64,000 nt of DNA from a bacterium (GCA_965205865.1 CBDBHR010000030.1:704001-768000), one strand, 5' to 3'. Positions 9,482 through 20,399 are shown, numbered from the stretch's first letter. Notes: generated by a model not told the origin, from the letters alone. A program made the numbers and translations.

Positions 9482-9629
9482 AATTTAAATAAGTTAGAAG
9501 TATGGATACGCAAAATTAGGGGACACGTAACAGCAGGTATAAAACAGTAGAGTTGGGATGCCGCTGTACATGTCCCCCAATTTTGCTCACACCATTGGAA
9601 TAATTACAGGTTATTTAAGGTTTGTTCCC
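9482..9629 (+). mobile_element. MITE copy, left end truncated
   Basis: Near-identical to 42750-42900. Confidence 0.85.
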
Positions 9630-9687
9630 TAGAATGTTGAAAAGTTCGTGTCTCTGATTAGGAATTAGGGAGACTTTTGCAAACTTT

Positions 9688-10545
9688 TCAGGAGAGATTG
9701 AGTTGTGATTGGAGTTCTTGAAGGAGGGTCTGTAACTCTTCTTCATTTTTTCGATTTAACTCTTTTTCAGGAGTCACTTCTTGTTTGAGAAGTTTTTGGG
9801 CCATCTGGATTTGACCGATAACTTTCCCTTTTTCCAGTCCTTTTTCCAGTCCTTTTTCCAGTCCTTCTTGTAATCCCTCTTCCAAACCTTGTGATTTTCC
9901 GATTTGTATCAATTCTTTTCCGGCGACTGTTTCGTCTAATGGTGTCAGTTTGAGCATCGTTTGTATCTCCTCTCTTGTCAGTTTAGAAAACTTCTCCAAA
10001 ATAGCATAGGTTAACAATTCTATCAAATGTCTCTTTTCGAATTCTGAAGAATCCAACGTCTCCAGCGTGTCTTTCCATTGAGGTATTTTTTCTTCCAATT
10101 CTGCTCGACTCTCCAAAACCAAAGGTTCCAAAACCATCAGGGACTTGTGAAGATGTCCTGCTTTTTTAAGACAGTCGGCTAAATGGACTTGGATCAATTT
10201 ATTCGGAGACCGGCAGGAAAACGGAAGATCGTTGGGATCATATTTTTCATCCACATACAGCACAATGGCGATGAAGGGTTTATCATCCTCATTTTGAAGA
10301 TAATAAGTCGTCAATTCTTGAAAGAGACGCCACAGAATTTTTTTATCGCCGTAGCCTTGGACCTCGAAAAAGAGATTGGGGCCTTCTCCATCAGTGCGCC
10401 TGAAAAACCCATCGAGTCGTCTTTCCACTCTTTTGAGAGTGATGCTCTCAAAGACATACGAACCCTGTAAATTCAATTGAAGCAATTTGATCAGAGCATC
10501 GGGTGCTAATTTAAAAAATTCATAAAACAGTTCATCCGTTCTCAA
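9688..10545 (-). CDS. Rpn-family / DUF2887-type PD-(D/E)XK protein
   Basis: Likely TTG start after GGAG; RTDELFY, RLDGFF, FFEVQ motifs; C-terminal (GLEK)n repeats. Confidence 0.85.
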   Translation of the reverse strand: MRTDELFYEFFKLAPDALIKLLQLNLQGSYVFESITLKRVERRLDGFFRRTDGEGPNLFFEVQGYGDKKILWRLFQELTTYYLQNEDDKPFIAIVLYVDEKYDPNDLPFSCRSPNKLIQVHLADCLKKAGHLHKSLMVLEPLVLESRAELEEKIPQWKDTLETLDSSEFEKRHLIELLTYAILEKFSKLTREEIQTMLKLTPLDETVAGKELIQIGKSQGLEEGLQEGLEKGLEKGLEKGKVIGQIQMAQKLLKQEVTPEKELNRKNEEELQTLLQELQSQLNLS

Positions 10546-10769
10546 AAGATGTCTCCGTTTGGTAAGGTTTGAGAGGAATGGCTTCCCCTGTCTTATCAAT
10601 CTGTTAAAATAATCTCAATTCATTTGATTTCATCAGTCTTGTCTGTTCGTAAACATTCACAAGCATCCATCCTATTCTCTCCCCATTGAGAATCATTTTA
10701 TATTGTTTGCTTTGCAGTCAATGTGTGATCGTTTATTGTGATTCGACTGATAATAACTCGAGAAAAAAG

Positions 10770-10895
10770 TACCAACCAGACGGTTCACTGGACGCCCACC
10801 CCTGTGTTTTTCACCAAATTTTGTGCTAGAATTGTCAGTTCATCTTTAGGACACTGGTCATTATCGGGTGAGCGCATGTGACCCTGACTTTGCGC
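10770..10895 (+). other. Second copy of the attC-like site; R' reads TTT instead of GTT, coinciding with the probable IS1380 end
   Basis: Matches 2145-2263 apart from two substitutions, then diverges. Confidence 0.6.
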
Positions 10896-12324
10896 TTCTC
10901 AAATAGCATGAAAATTTTATTGATACCTACTGAAATCAGATTTTGATCATCAAATCCATGGATGTTTGAGTGAGAATGAGCATCAAAATGCTGTTTTCAG
11001 ATGTGGAAAGTCTTCATTTCTCATGTCATGGACGCACTCATCCCCTTAAACTTTAATGTTTTTGTTTTTTAATTGAAGCGAAACCCGTTGATCAGATTGG
11101 CGCCAATGCATGCTGGCAGGTGGCAAATAGTTGGTCCAATTGCAAGCGCTCAAAGGTCGTTTTGGGTATTTTCAAGATCAGTTTTCCGGCATGACGAAGC
11201 AGTTTGCCTGCCGTATCAAGAAACTGGCGCCGGAAGGTATCAGCATACATCGTTACCGCAATCACCGGCTTGCTGACGTCTTCTTTGCAGGCTTCGAAGA
11301 GGTTATTGCCAAGCAGCATCAGATAGTAGCATGCGGTATTGGAAATGAAGTCCTTGAAGGGTAGTTGTCGATGACCAAAGTTTTTCAGCGCCCGGTTGGC
11401 CAGTTCATCCTTTCCCCGTCCGTGGTACGAGCCTAAGATTTTTCTCCGCTTCAGCTAACCGATGTTCAGTCGTTCACGGGTTTCAAAGATTTTTTCGTTA
11501 AAAAAAGCGGTGTCCATGCGCAGCATGATTGGTACATCATCCCGGTATTCGCGGCGAATCCTTTTCACGATTTAAACCAGCATCTTCTGAACAGTTTTCC
11601 CGTGATTCGAATGTTTGCTACCTCCGCGAAAAACTGCGTCAACCATATAACGACCCCAATTCATCTGCAGGGAATGAAATCCTTTGACATTCTTGTAAGT
11701 CGGCTGGACGCCATGGCGTTTCAGGGCATCATCATTATCAAGTACCATCGAATCCGGACCCAACACAATCACCGTTGGACAAGTCTTCTTCAGTCTCCGC
11801 ATAAACAGCATCTGCGGCAGATGACGGAACAGGTAGACTCGTACAAAAGAGAACTTTCCAAAAAATCTTTTCACGGTATGCGAGGAGGCAAGGTCTTGCT
11901 CACTGCATGACAACAACGCGGCATAACCCTCGTCCCTTTTGAGGTGATCGAACCAACTGAGATGACGGCTGCTGCCGTCCATGAAAAAACAGAGTATCTG
12001 CGCAAAAAAATCAGAGACAGCAATACCTTTTTTATTTTTACGCATCGAAGCAAACATCCTTTCGATGATCGGCATCAGCCGAATGCTTTGCAGATACTGG
12101 GCAAAAAAGGCCAATCCGGCACGACTTGTCAAGTGTTCATCGGTTGGCTGAATGGCATCAATTACCTGTTTCTTTTTATCCTGAACTGTTATATCTTTTT
12201 CCATAAAGTTCTCTACCTTTTGGGTTGTGTTGGATTTTGTGAATGTTTTTGTGTTAACCACTGAAATATAACACATTTTTCTCAAGGTTAGGAGCTTTTT
12301 TTATTACGAATCGATCAACTTAGG
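10883..12324 (-). mobile_element. IS1380-family element with fragmented transposase
   Basis: LTSRAGLAFF, DSMVLDNDD, VKGFHSLQMNW, DAVFRGG, then stops and frameshifts; C-terminal FRRQFLDTAGKLLRHAG; weak IRs CCTAAGTT / CCTGACTT. Confidence 0.85.
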
Positions 12325-12578
12325 CTTCAGTAAAATATGGAAGAAAATCAGAGTATGATGTTCCTGATGAAGTCTTTATGGTTCTAGCGTTAAAAAAAGG
12401 AATTTTGGATGACACGAAGGGAATCATCAAGTATCATGTCGCCTTCGACAATGTATAACAAGTAACCGAACGAGAATTGGCGTGAAGGACAATCAGAACT
12501 GGCGGAGTGGTATAACACTTTCAGTCAGCGGGAATCCCTGCAAAGCACTCAACCTGAGTGAAGAGAAAGGAGACTACA

Positions 12579-13328
12579 ATGCTGACCCAGGAGCAAATTG
12601 ACAAATATCATGAGGAGGGCTTCGTGATTCCTGATTATCGCCTGCCGTCTAAAACCCTGGAGGCGATCAAAGACAATCATGACCTCTTGTTAAAACGACA
12701 TCCTGAATTTCGGGATTACTGCCCGGCCCTGCTGGTCCATGACACGGCCTTCCTGAACTATGCGCGTATCCCGGAAATTGTCGAGATGGTGGCCCAGGTT
12801 ATTGGAGAGGATATTTTACTCTGGAATGCGAGTTTTTTTGCCAAACCGGCCCACAATGGGAGCAAAACCCCCTGGCATCAAGATGGCGAATACTGGCCCA
12901 TGCGGCCTTTGGCCACTTGTTCGGTTTGGATTGCTGTGGACGATTCGACCACAGAGAATGGCTGTTTGAAAGTCATCCCAGGCTCCCATCGTGCTAAAAA
13001 GTTGTACAAACATGACAAGAATCCAAGCCCAGGGCTCGCGTTGGCCATGGAACTGCAAAAATCGGAATTTGATGAAAGTCAAGCCGTGGAACTGGTCTTG
13101 GAAGGCGGACAGATCTCGCTCCATGACGTTTATCTCATGCACGGTTCGGAGCCCAACACTTCTGACAAACACCGTCGCGGCATGACCCTCCGTTATATGC
13201 CCACCACTTCGGTGTATCGCCGGGAAATTGAAGCAGAGGGCTTCAAGGGGTTAGGGCGACAACCGCGTCCGTTACTTCTCATTCGTGGCGTTGATCGATC
13301 CCAGCAGAATGATTTTGTCCTGCACTAG
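12579..13328 (+). CDS. Phytanoyl-CoA dioxygenase family (Fe/2OG) protein
   Basis: AAAGGAG SD; FFAKPA, WHQD, WIAVDD, LKVIPGSH, HGSEPN..R motifs. Confidence 0.92.
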   Translation: MLTQEQIDKYHEEGFVIPDYRLPSKTLEAIKDNHDLLLKRHPEFRDYCPALLVHDTAFLNYARIPEIVEMVAQVIGEDILLWNASFFAKPAHNGSKTPWHQDGEYWPMRPLATCSVWIAVDDSTTENGCLKVIPGSHRAKKLYKHDKNPSPGLALAMELQKSEFDESQAVELVLEGGQISLHDVYLMHGSEPNTSDKHRRGMTLRYMPTTSVYRREIEAEGFKGLGRQPRPLLLIRGVDRSQQNDFVLH

Positions 13329-13599
13329 GAAAGTCAATCTTGCTGACGGGGCGGCAACTTGGGCATCCAGTCAGAAAAACAAGCAGCTCTGGGCATCGAC
13401 TACAGTGTAGCCAGTGCCCTTGAACTGCCATTTGATGCTTCCCTCTTCGACTTTGCCGTCGGAGTCATCACCACCGGCTCTGCCGGTGGCTTGAGGAAGC
13501 CCCCAGGATGATGGAATCTGCCCATTTCGTACTCTGTATCAAAAATGACGATTATCCTGCTTCTTTAGAACGATGGAAAGTCTATCGGAGGCTTCCTGA

Positions 13600-14130
13600 T
13601 GAAAATGGGTGATTCTCTGGGGTTGGGGCATACTAGTGTCCGCTCCTTTTTGGAGCTATTGGCTCAAACCTTTGTCATTCGGATCCTGGGACCGTATCAC
13701 TCCAACATCAAAAAACGACTTGTCAAATCCCCCAGTGTTTTATTCGAGACAGCGGCTGGCCAAGGCAGTGCTCCACAATTTATTGGGACTTGAATCCTTA
13801 AATGATCTTTTAGGACATCCGGTTTATGGCGCCTCTTGGGAAGGATTTGTTTTGGAAAATATCCTAACGGCGCTACCCAACCGGAATGCCTCCTTTTATC
13901 AAACCTCTCATGGCGCGGAAATAGATCTGATTCTGGACAAGGACAACCGAAGAATAGGTATTGAATGCAAAGCCTCCAGCGCACCTCGAGTGAATCGAGG
14001 ATTGTGGAATGTGATCGAGGACCTGGAACTGGAAAAACCTGGCTCATTGCCCCCGTCAATGCGCCTTATCCGGTGAAGCAAACCGTGGTTGTCAGTCCTT
14101 TGAGGGCTTTTATCGAAGAAATGACCAAGT
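13600..14130 (+). pseudogene. AAA+ ATPase / DUF4143 C-terminal remnant, frameshifted
   Basis: KRLVKSP, GASWEGFVLE, GAEIDL, IECK segments spread over three frames. Confidence 0.8.
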
Positions 14131-14183
14131 ACTGCTATCAGGAAATGGTTGACCCTCTGTTCAGGTTATAATGAGTCCTGTTT

Positions 14184-14260
14184 GTCATTCCGGGCGAAGA
14201 CCGGGAATCCAAGGGATTTACCCTAGAAATCCCAGATTCCGGATCAAGTCCGGGATGACA
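14184..14260. repeat. REP-like inverted pair (GTCAT family)
   Basis: gtcattccgggcgaagaccgggaatcc ... gattccggatcaagtccgggatgac. Confidence 0.8.
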
Positions 14261-14413
14261 CAAAATGGATCAATCACTTCGTAACGCCTGAATCAGGATG
14301 CTTGAACTTTCAGAGTGAAATGCTGGAATCTATTGTTCATAACTGCGTTCATCGCAGTCGATGTGGATAGCATATTGATTCAGAGGATTATCAGGAAGCT
14401 CTGTTAAAATGTA

Positions 14414-15844
14414 TCACGGATTTGCCCCTTTATCCTGATTGGACGAGAGTGGTAGTTCAAGGGTCACTTTCAAGCCAGGATTTCGATTTTCAGCCCAAAT
14501 GCGCCCCTGGTGCCATTCAGCAGCTCTTTGGGCAATGGCCATTCCCAATCCGCTACCATTGTTTTTTTGTCCCCGGGTTTCATCGACCCGGTAAAAGGGA
14601 TTGAAAAGCACTTCGAGGCTTTCTTCCGGAACGCCAGGACCTTGGTCTTCCACCACGATCAGCGCAAAGCGTTGCTCGTTTTCGATGCGCAGGGCCATAT
14701 TGACTTCAATAGTGGTGTGGGCGGGAGCAAATCGAATGGCATTGCGGACTATATTTTCAATGGCGCTGCTCAAAATCGAAGCATTGCCTTGGAAATGGCA
14801 GAATACGCGGTGGACCAGTTGGACCTCTTTTTCCTGCGACTCTGCTTCAAAATGAGTGTCTTCGATCAAATCCGAGATCAAAGCAGAAAGTTCCATCCAT
14901 TTCTTCTCTTCCCCGACGAGGCGATTGTCCAGCCGTGACCATTGAATGACTTGGGCGATCAGGCGGTCTAACCTACCGATTTCCAGTTCAATGCGGTCAT
15001 GTTCGGGATCTGTATCGCGGGTCTTTTTACGAGCCAGTGCCAGCGCTATCTGTAAGCGGGTCAACGGAGAACGCAGTTCATGGGAAACATCCATCAGCAG
15101 ACGTTTCTGAGCGCCTACCAGATCGTTCAATTGCTGCGACATGATGTTGAAATCATGACCGAGTTGTCCAATTTCATCTTTCCGCCGACTCACTCGGGGG
15201 CTCACCTGCGTATCGAAATCGCCTTGGGCAATCCGCCTTGCTGCAGATTGCAGTTGTCGAATCGGAGCGACCAGATAGGAGGCCAGCAGCAGGCAAAATA
15301 AGCCACTGACAGTCAAAGTGGTGAGAAAGAAGATCCATTGTCCGGAAAGGATTTGCCACAGTCGCCAGAACACATGATCGGGATAGGGATTGGTGAGGTA
15401 GAGTTGATAAAATTCATTTCCCACAAGAAGTCGATAGGGTCCCACCAGCACAAGACCATCTTTCAAGGCGATTTCGAATTGACGACTCTCCCGTGTTTGC
15501 TCATAAAAATTCTGCAACGCATGCGACACCCTTTGTCTTCCAAGCGACCGTCCTTGGTTGTTGAACAAATACATATTTCCGGGAAGATTCACAGGCCTCC
15601 GATTGGATCTATTGGCTCGTTGCAATCGTCGGGAAGGTTCATGCTCCAGGCGTTTGCCATGGATTTCAAGATCATGAAAAAGTCCGTGTCGCTCGGGGAA
15701 ATAGATGGCCGGATCAACGACAAGGGCAATGACGACGATCAGGCTGACAACCAACGTCGTCATCGTCAGCCAGAACCAGAGGAAGATTTTCCAGAAAAGA
15801 CGGGTCCAGGGTTTGTAGAGCCAGGATTGCCATTCCAAGCGCAC
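14414..15844 (-). CDS. Sensor histidine kinase, CpxA-like
   Basis: Two TM helices, HAMP, DVSHELRSPLTRL H-box, ENIVRNA, DQGPGV, GSGLGMAI. Confidence 0.93.
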   Translation of the reverse strand: MRLEWQSWLYKPWTRLFWKIFLWFWLTMTTLVVSLIVVIALVVDPAIYFPERHGLFHDLEIHGKRLEHEPSRRLQRANRSNRRPVNLPGNMYLFNNQGRSLGRQRVSHALQNFYEQTRESRQFEIALKDGLVLVGPYRLLVGNEFYQLYLTNPYPDHVFWRLWQILSGQWIFFLTTLTVSGLFCLLLASYLVAPIRQLQSAARRIAQGDFDTQVSPRVSRRKDEIGQLGHDFNIMSQQLNDLVGAQKRLLMDVSHELRSPLTRLQIALALARKKTRDTDPEHDRIELEIGRLDRLIAQVIQWSRLDNRLVGEEKKWMELSALISDLIEDTHFEAESQEKEVQLVHRVFCHFQGNASILSSAIENIVRNAIRFAPAHTTIEVNMALRIENEQRFALIVVEDQGPGVPEESLEVLFNPFYRVDETRGQKNNGSGLGMAIAQRAAEWHQGRIWAENRNPGLKVTLELPLSSNQDKGANP

Positions 15845-15853
15845 GAGCCTCCT

Positions 15854-16543
15854 TCACTCAGTGATATAAAAATAGCCGGATCCTCTCACTGTTTTGATGC
15901 GTGGAGAACCATCCGGTTTTTTTCTGATTTTACGACGGACATTGCTGACATGCATGTCGATGGCCCGGTCGTACTCCATCAGTTTCCGTCCGAGGGCCAA
16001 TCGGGTTAATTCACCACGATCCACCAGCATCCCGGCTCGTTCCACCAGAATTTTTAAAACCAGAAACTCGGTCGCCGTCATTTCCAGCAGTTGGCCATTC
16101 CGCTTGATTTCCCGGTTCAGGAAATTGATGGAGAGATCATCAATTTCCAGCAGTGGTGGTGACGATTCAGGGACATCTACACTTTCGCTACGACGTAATA
16201 TCGCTTTTATGCGTGCGACCAATTCACGGTGATTGAATGGTTTGGGCAGGTAATCATCCGCTCCAATTTCCAATCCGATGATGCGATCGACATCATCTCC
16301 TCGTGCTGTCAGCATGAGCACCGGAATTTTGGATTGCTGTCGGATGCGTTTCAGTACCTCGAACCCATTCAATTTTGGCAAGGTGACATCCAGCAAAATC
16401 AATTGATGCTCTCCTGACAAGGCAGTCTCGACCCCGCATTTACCCTCGTGCACTGCAGTCACGGAAAATCCTTCCAGGGTCAGATACTCTGTTAAAAGCT
16501 GGCAAAGCTCCAAGTCATCATCGATCAATAAAACACTACTCAC
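15854..16543 (-). CDS. OmpR-family response regulator, CpxR-like
   Basis: LLIDDD, LLDV, MLTARG, DDYLPKPF, RAIDMHVSNVRRK. Confidence 0.95.
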   Translation of the reverse strand: MSSVLLIDDDLELCQLLTEYLTLEGFSVTAVHEGKCGVETALSGEHQLILLDVTLPKLNGFEVLKRIRQQSKIPVLMLTARGDDVDRIIGLEIGADDYLPKPFNHRELVARIKAILRRSESVDVPESSPPLLEIDDLSINFLNREIKRNGQLLEMTATEFLVLKILVERAGMLVDRGELTRLALGRKLMEYDRAIDMHVSNVRRKIRKKPDGSPRIKTVRGSGYFYITE

Positions 16544-16619
16544 AGTCGGGAATTGAGAAAATAGTTATAACCTGGGTCCCTGACAAAAACTATTCTCTTA
16601 CCAGGGACCTGCCACAATG

Positions 16620-17060
16620 TCAGATATCTGACTTCGCGGCGTTTGAGTCAGAATCCAAGAATCGTGGAAGAAGCTGGTATCCATAGTCCTCTGGTATAAA
16701 GCTCTGATGTCTTTCCTTCAGGTTTCCCCAGTAATGACCACTTTTTCCGCGACGATGGTGTTTACCTCTTCCTTTCCCAAAATCGTTTCGCGTTTCTTCC
16801 AACTGCTTCAACTGCTCTTCGTTGAGTACCGCTTTAAATTGTTCGCGGGTCTCATTTTGCAGTGCGCGCATCTGCTTTTGCAACGCTGCTTGTTTCTCGT
16901 CTGATTCCTCAATAATTTTACGCAAACTTTCTTTCTGCTCTTCACTGAGTTCCAGCCGCTCTTGCAGCCGGTCCAAATAGCCGTCAATAGAATGAGCGGC
17001 AACCACGGCACCCAGCAACAAACTGATACCGATCACACTTCCAACAATAACTTTTTTCAT
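16620..17060 (-). CDS. Periplasmic Spy/CpxP-like helical protein
   Basis: Signal peptide; LSEEQ and VLNEEQ (LTxxQ-like) motifs; upstream of the cpxRA-like genes. Confidence 0.7.
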   Translation of the reverse strand: MKKVIVGSVIGISLLLGAVVAAHSIDGYLDRLQERLELSEEQKESLRKIIEESDEKQAALQKQMRALQNETREQFKAVLNEEQLKQLEETRNDFGKGRGKHHRRGKSGHYWGNLKERHQSFIPEDYGYQLLPRFLDSDSNAAKSDI

Positions 17061-17161
17061 AATGTCCTCATTTCAATTTGGTTCAACAAATCGGATGCCG
17101 TCCTTCGACATCCTCTGAAGTCATTATACGTAATCCAATGTTTTTTGAGGGTCAACGGCGT

Positions 17162-17177
17162 GTAAATGTTTTGTAAA
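17162..17177. promoter_or_regulatory. Possible CpxR-type tandem binding site
   Basis: GTAAA-N6-GTAAA about 100 bp upstream of the CpxP-like gene. Confidence 0.5.
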
Positions 17178-17546
17178 TTATTTCGATCTGCATCCATCAT
17201 CAATTTCTGATTGAAAGTTGCCTTTGTCATCGTCTGTAAAACCAAAAACACGGAACAAGTCCAAGTCTCCGGTATTTCGGCAACGGCGCATGTGAAAGAG
17301 CAATTGGAGTTCGCTCGATAATTATGGAAGGATCTCCAGTTCCAGTTTTGCAAGCAGAGGAGAAGGGTTGCTATTCTGAATTGCGCATGCCTTACTGAGG
17401 GCACGGGGTAGCAAGCCGTAGATATAATGTTCTGCCGTACGTACTTTGTTCCAAAAAAATGGCTTCCGGGTTGTTCTCGAGTAACGATGCGTCGCTTTGC
17501 CGGCGCCCAGTTTTCGCGTTTTCTTGGAAATCGATGGATTGATCAC

Positions 17547-18557
17547 TCAATGGGTTAATTCTTCCTTTAAAATCTCAGGTACCCCTTGGGCATCCTGAAG
17601 ATTGGCATAGTACAAATTTGCCCAATGCAATCGAGCGCCTTTCAGATTGGCGCCTTTCAGGTTCGCGCCTTTCAAGTTGGCGCCTTCCAGGTTGGCGCCT
17701 TCCAGGTTGCTGTCTTCCAAATCCACATACTCTAAGTTGGCCTCTGAAAAACTGCCATTGCTCAAATCCAGTCCATACAAATCCGCTCCGGAAAGATCCA
17801 CTCCATCGAGCTGACGAAATCCTTGACGAATAGAAGCTTCCAAACGGAGCATGGAATGCACTCCTTCTTCGTCCAACCCCCGGACCACCCATGCCGGGAG
17901 ATCTTTTGTCTTTTGCAAGCGCGCCCCTTCCAAATTGGCCCATTTCAAAGGGTTATTTTTAAAATACGCCCCGATGAGGTTGGCATTTCCCAAATTGGTC
18001 TGATTCAGTTTAGTCATCTCCAGATTAGCGAAAGCTAAATTTGCGGAGTTCAAATTCGCCCGACTCAAATCGGCTTCCCTTAGGTCCGACTTGCTCAAAT
18101 CAGCATTTCGCAAGTCGGCCCCATACAAAAAGGCTTGAAACAAATGACTTTCCGTAAGAATCGCTTTTCTCAGGTTGGCAGCAAGGAATTTGCTTTCACG
18201 CATACGCGCTTTCTGCAATTTGGCGCCTTCCAAATCGGCACCGTCCAGGATGGTGTTTTCCAAATTGGCAGCAATCAAAATCGCACCTTTCAAATTCGCT
18301 CCTTTGAGTTGGGCGCCTTGCAAATTGGCTTTTTGTAAATTGGTTTTACTCAAATTGATGCGATTGAGCACCATATTCTTCAAAGAAACCCCCCTCAGAT
18401 CCAAACCCCTCAGTTTGTTGCGGGAAAATTGGCAATGGGTAAGATCGGTATGGGGTTTAGGTGCTTGACATTGACCCTTTGGGAGATCTTGCGCAGGGGA
18501 TTCGTGGAATCCCCCAAGCCAGGAGAAGACCAGTATGAGACTAAAGAGCACCCGCAT
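17547..18557 (-). CDS. Secreted pentapeptide-repeat protein
   Basis: Signal peptide; extensive A(N/D)LxG repeats. Confidence 0.93.
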   Translation of the reverse strand: MRVLFSLILVFSWLGGFHESPAQDLPKGQCQAPKPHTDLTHCQFSRNKLRGLDLRGVSLKNMVLNRINLSKTNLQKANLQGAQLKGANLKGAILIAANLENTILDGADLEGAKLQKARMRESKFLAANLRKAILTESHLFQAFLYGADLRNADLSKSDLREADLSRANLNSANLAFANLEMTKLNQTNLGNANLIGAYFKNNPLKWANLEGARLQKTKDLPAWVVRGLDEEGVHSMLRLEASIRQGFRQLDGVDLSGADLYGLDLSNGSFSEANLEYVDLEDSNLEGANLEGANLKGANLKGANLKGARLHWANLYYANLQDAQGVPEILKEELTH

Positions 18558-18601
18558 GGCAACAGCTCAAAGAAGTGAGTGTTTGCTGGGGAGAGGGAAA
18601 A

Positions 18602-19831
18602 TTAAAGTTTCTTAAACAAAAGGGAAGCATTGGTGCCGCCAAAACCAAAAGAGTTCGATAATGCGATCTTGAGCTTGCGTTCCTTTCCTTGATTTGGTGT
18701 CACATCCAGATCGCACTCAGGGTCCAAATTGTCAATGTTGATGGTTGGAGGCACAAAATCATGCTGGAGCGCTTTCACGGTAACCACCGCTTCCACTGCT
18801 CCGGCCGCTCCCAAAAGATGTCCCATCATGGATTTGGTCGCACTGATCGAAATTTGTTTGGCATGATCTCCTAAAACAGATTTGATGGCCTGCAATTCAT
18901 TAATATCCCCTGCAGGGGTGGAGGTGGCATGGGCATTGACATAATCGACATCCTCCGCATTGATCGCAGCATCCTTCAAGACCATTTTCATAGCACGCGC
19001 CGGTCCTTCCACAGACGGGGCCGTGATATGGAAGGAGTCGGAACTGAAACCGTATCCAACCAACTCGCAATAAATACGGGCATCCCGCTTTTTTGCAAAT
19101 TCCAGATCTTCAAGAATGAGAATGCCGGATCCTTCGGAAAAAACGAAACCATCCCGTTCCTGGTCATACGGCCTGCTGGCCCGTTCAGGTTCATCATTAC
19201 GCGTACTGAGAGCTCGCATGGCAGCAAATCCACCAATGCACAATTTTGTGACGGAGGCTTCTGTTCCTCCTACAATCATCGCTTTGGCATCACCACGTTC
19301 GATCATGCGGGCAGCATCCCCGATAGAATGATTCGAAGAGGCACAAGCCGAAACCGTCGATGTGTTATAATTTTTTGTGCCAAAAATCAGGGAAATCTGC
19401 CCAGCCACCATATTTGCCAGCACCATTGGAATGAAGAAAGGAGAAATCCTATCAGGTCCTTTTTCCTTCATGAGCAACAGATTTTTTTCAATCATCGGTT
19501 GTCCACCGATCCCAACTCCTATGGAAGCGCCAATGTCATACTGCAAATCCTCCGTGATTTCCAAGTTCGCGTCCTGCAATGCTTCTTGGGCTGCGGCAAT
19601 GGCATAATGGATGAAGGTGTCCATTTTTTTGACTTCTTTGGGAGGAATGACGGAGGGGATCTCAAAATCATGGACTTCTCCCGCAATCTGGCTTTTTAAA
19701 TCGGAAGGATCAAATTTTGTGATGCGTCCCGTACCTGAGATTCCGTTGCGGCTGGCTTCCCAGACTGATTCCAGATTGTTTCCGATCGGACAAATAATGC
19801 CTAATCCAGTGACAACAACACGTCTACGCAT
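18602..19831 (-). CDS. fabF: 3-oxoacyl-ACP synthase II
   Basis: RRVVVTGLG, SACAS, NAHATST, SNSFGFGGTN. Confidence 0.97.
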   Translation of the reverse strand: MRRRVVVTGLGIICPIGNNLESVWEASRNGISGTGRITKFDPSDLKSQIAGEVHDFEIPSVIPPKEVKKMDTFIHYAIAAAQEALQDANLEITEDLQYDIGASIGVGIGGQPMIEKNLLLMKEKGPDRISPFFIPMVLANMVAGQISLIFGTKNYNTSTVSACASSNHSIGDAARMIERGDAKAMIVGGTEASVTKLCIGGFAAMRALSTRNDEPERASRPYDQERDGFVFSEGSGILILEDLEFAKKRDARIYCELVGYGFSSDSFHITAPSVEGPARAMKMVLKDAAINAEDVDYVNAHATSTPAGDINELQAIKSVLGDHAKQISISATKSMMGHLLGAAGAVEAVVTVKALQHDFVPPTINIDNLDPECDLDVTPNQGKERKLKIALSNSFGFGGTNASLLFKKL

Positions 19832-19900
19832 GAGAATGATTTATTTAACAAGTGAAAAAATTAGAATAGCCTGTAAAATCAAAGATATGACGGAATTATC

Positions 19901-20137
19901 TCAACCCTCCTGCGCGGCCTGAATATGTTCAATCGCGATTTTAACCGTCGTGATTTTTTCAGCAATTTCATCTGGAATCGTGATGTCGAACTCTTCTTCG
20001 AAAGCCATCACCAATTCAACTGTATCCAGAGAATCTGCCTCCAAATCATCAGCAAAATGTGAATCCGGCGTGATTTCATCTTCATCGATTCCCAACTGCT
20101 CGCTTATAATTTTTTTTACTTCTGCTTCAACATCCAT
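19901..20137 (-). CDS. acpP: Acyl carrier protein
   Basis: [17 protein letters not shown]; start set at MDVEAEV. Confidence 0.97.
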   Translation of the reverse strand: MDVEAEVKKIISEQLGIDEDEITPDSHFADDLEADSLDTVELVMAFEEEFDITIPDEIAEKITTVKIAIEHIQAAQEG

Positions 20138-20399
20138 ATTTTTCATTCCTTTTTTTGAAAACTTAACATTGCGCCCATGGATATACAATTTTTCATTATT
20201 TTCGGGATGAGGGAACGAGGAGGAAAAAACAGAGTGATTCTGCTTTGCAAACCCCCATCCCACATTGATGAAAATCATGGAATGACTTTCTGGTACTATA
20301 TCCTGAATTGGGCGAACTTTGAATAAAAGTCAAACTTTTTTACTGAATTTGGGAGAGAAACCGATGGTTTGTTCAGCCGAGCATTTCCCCAAGGTCCTC

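Noticed and set aside
17057-17546. Short minus-strand ORFs between the pentapeptide gene and the cpxP-like gene
   Set aside because: No motifs or clear RBS; one overlaps the likely promoter region
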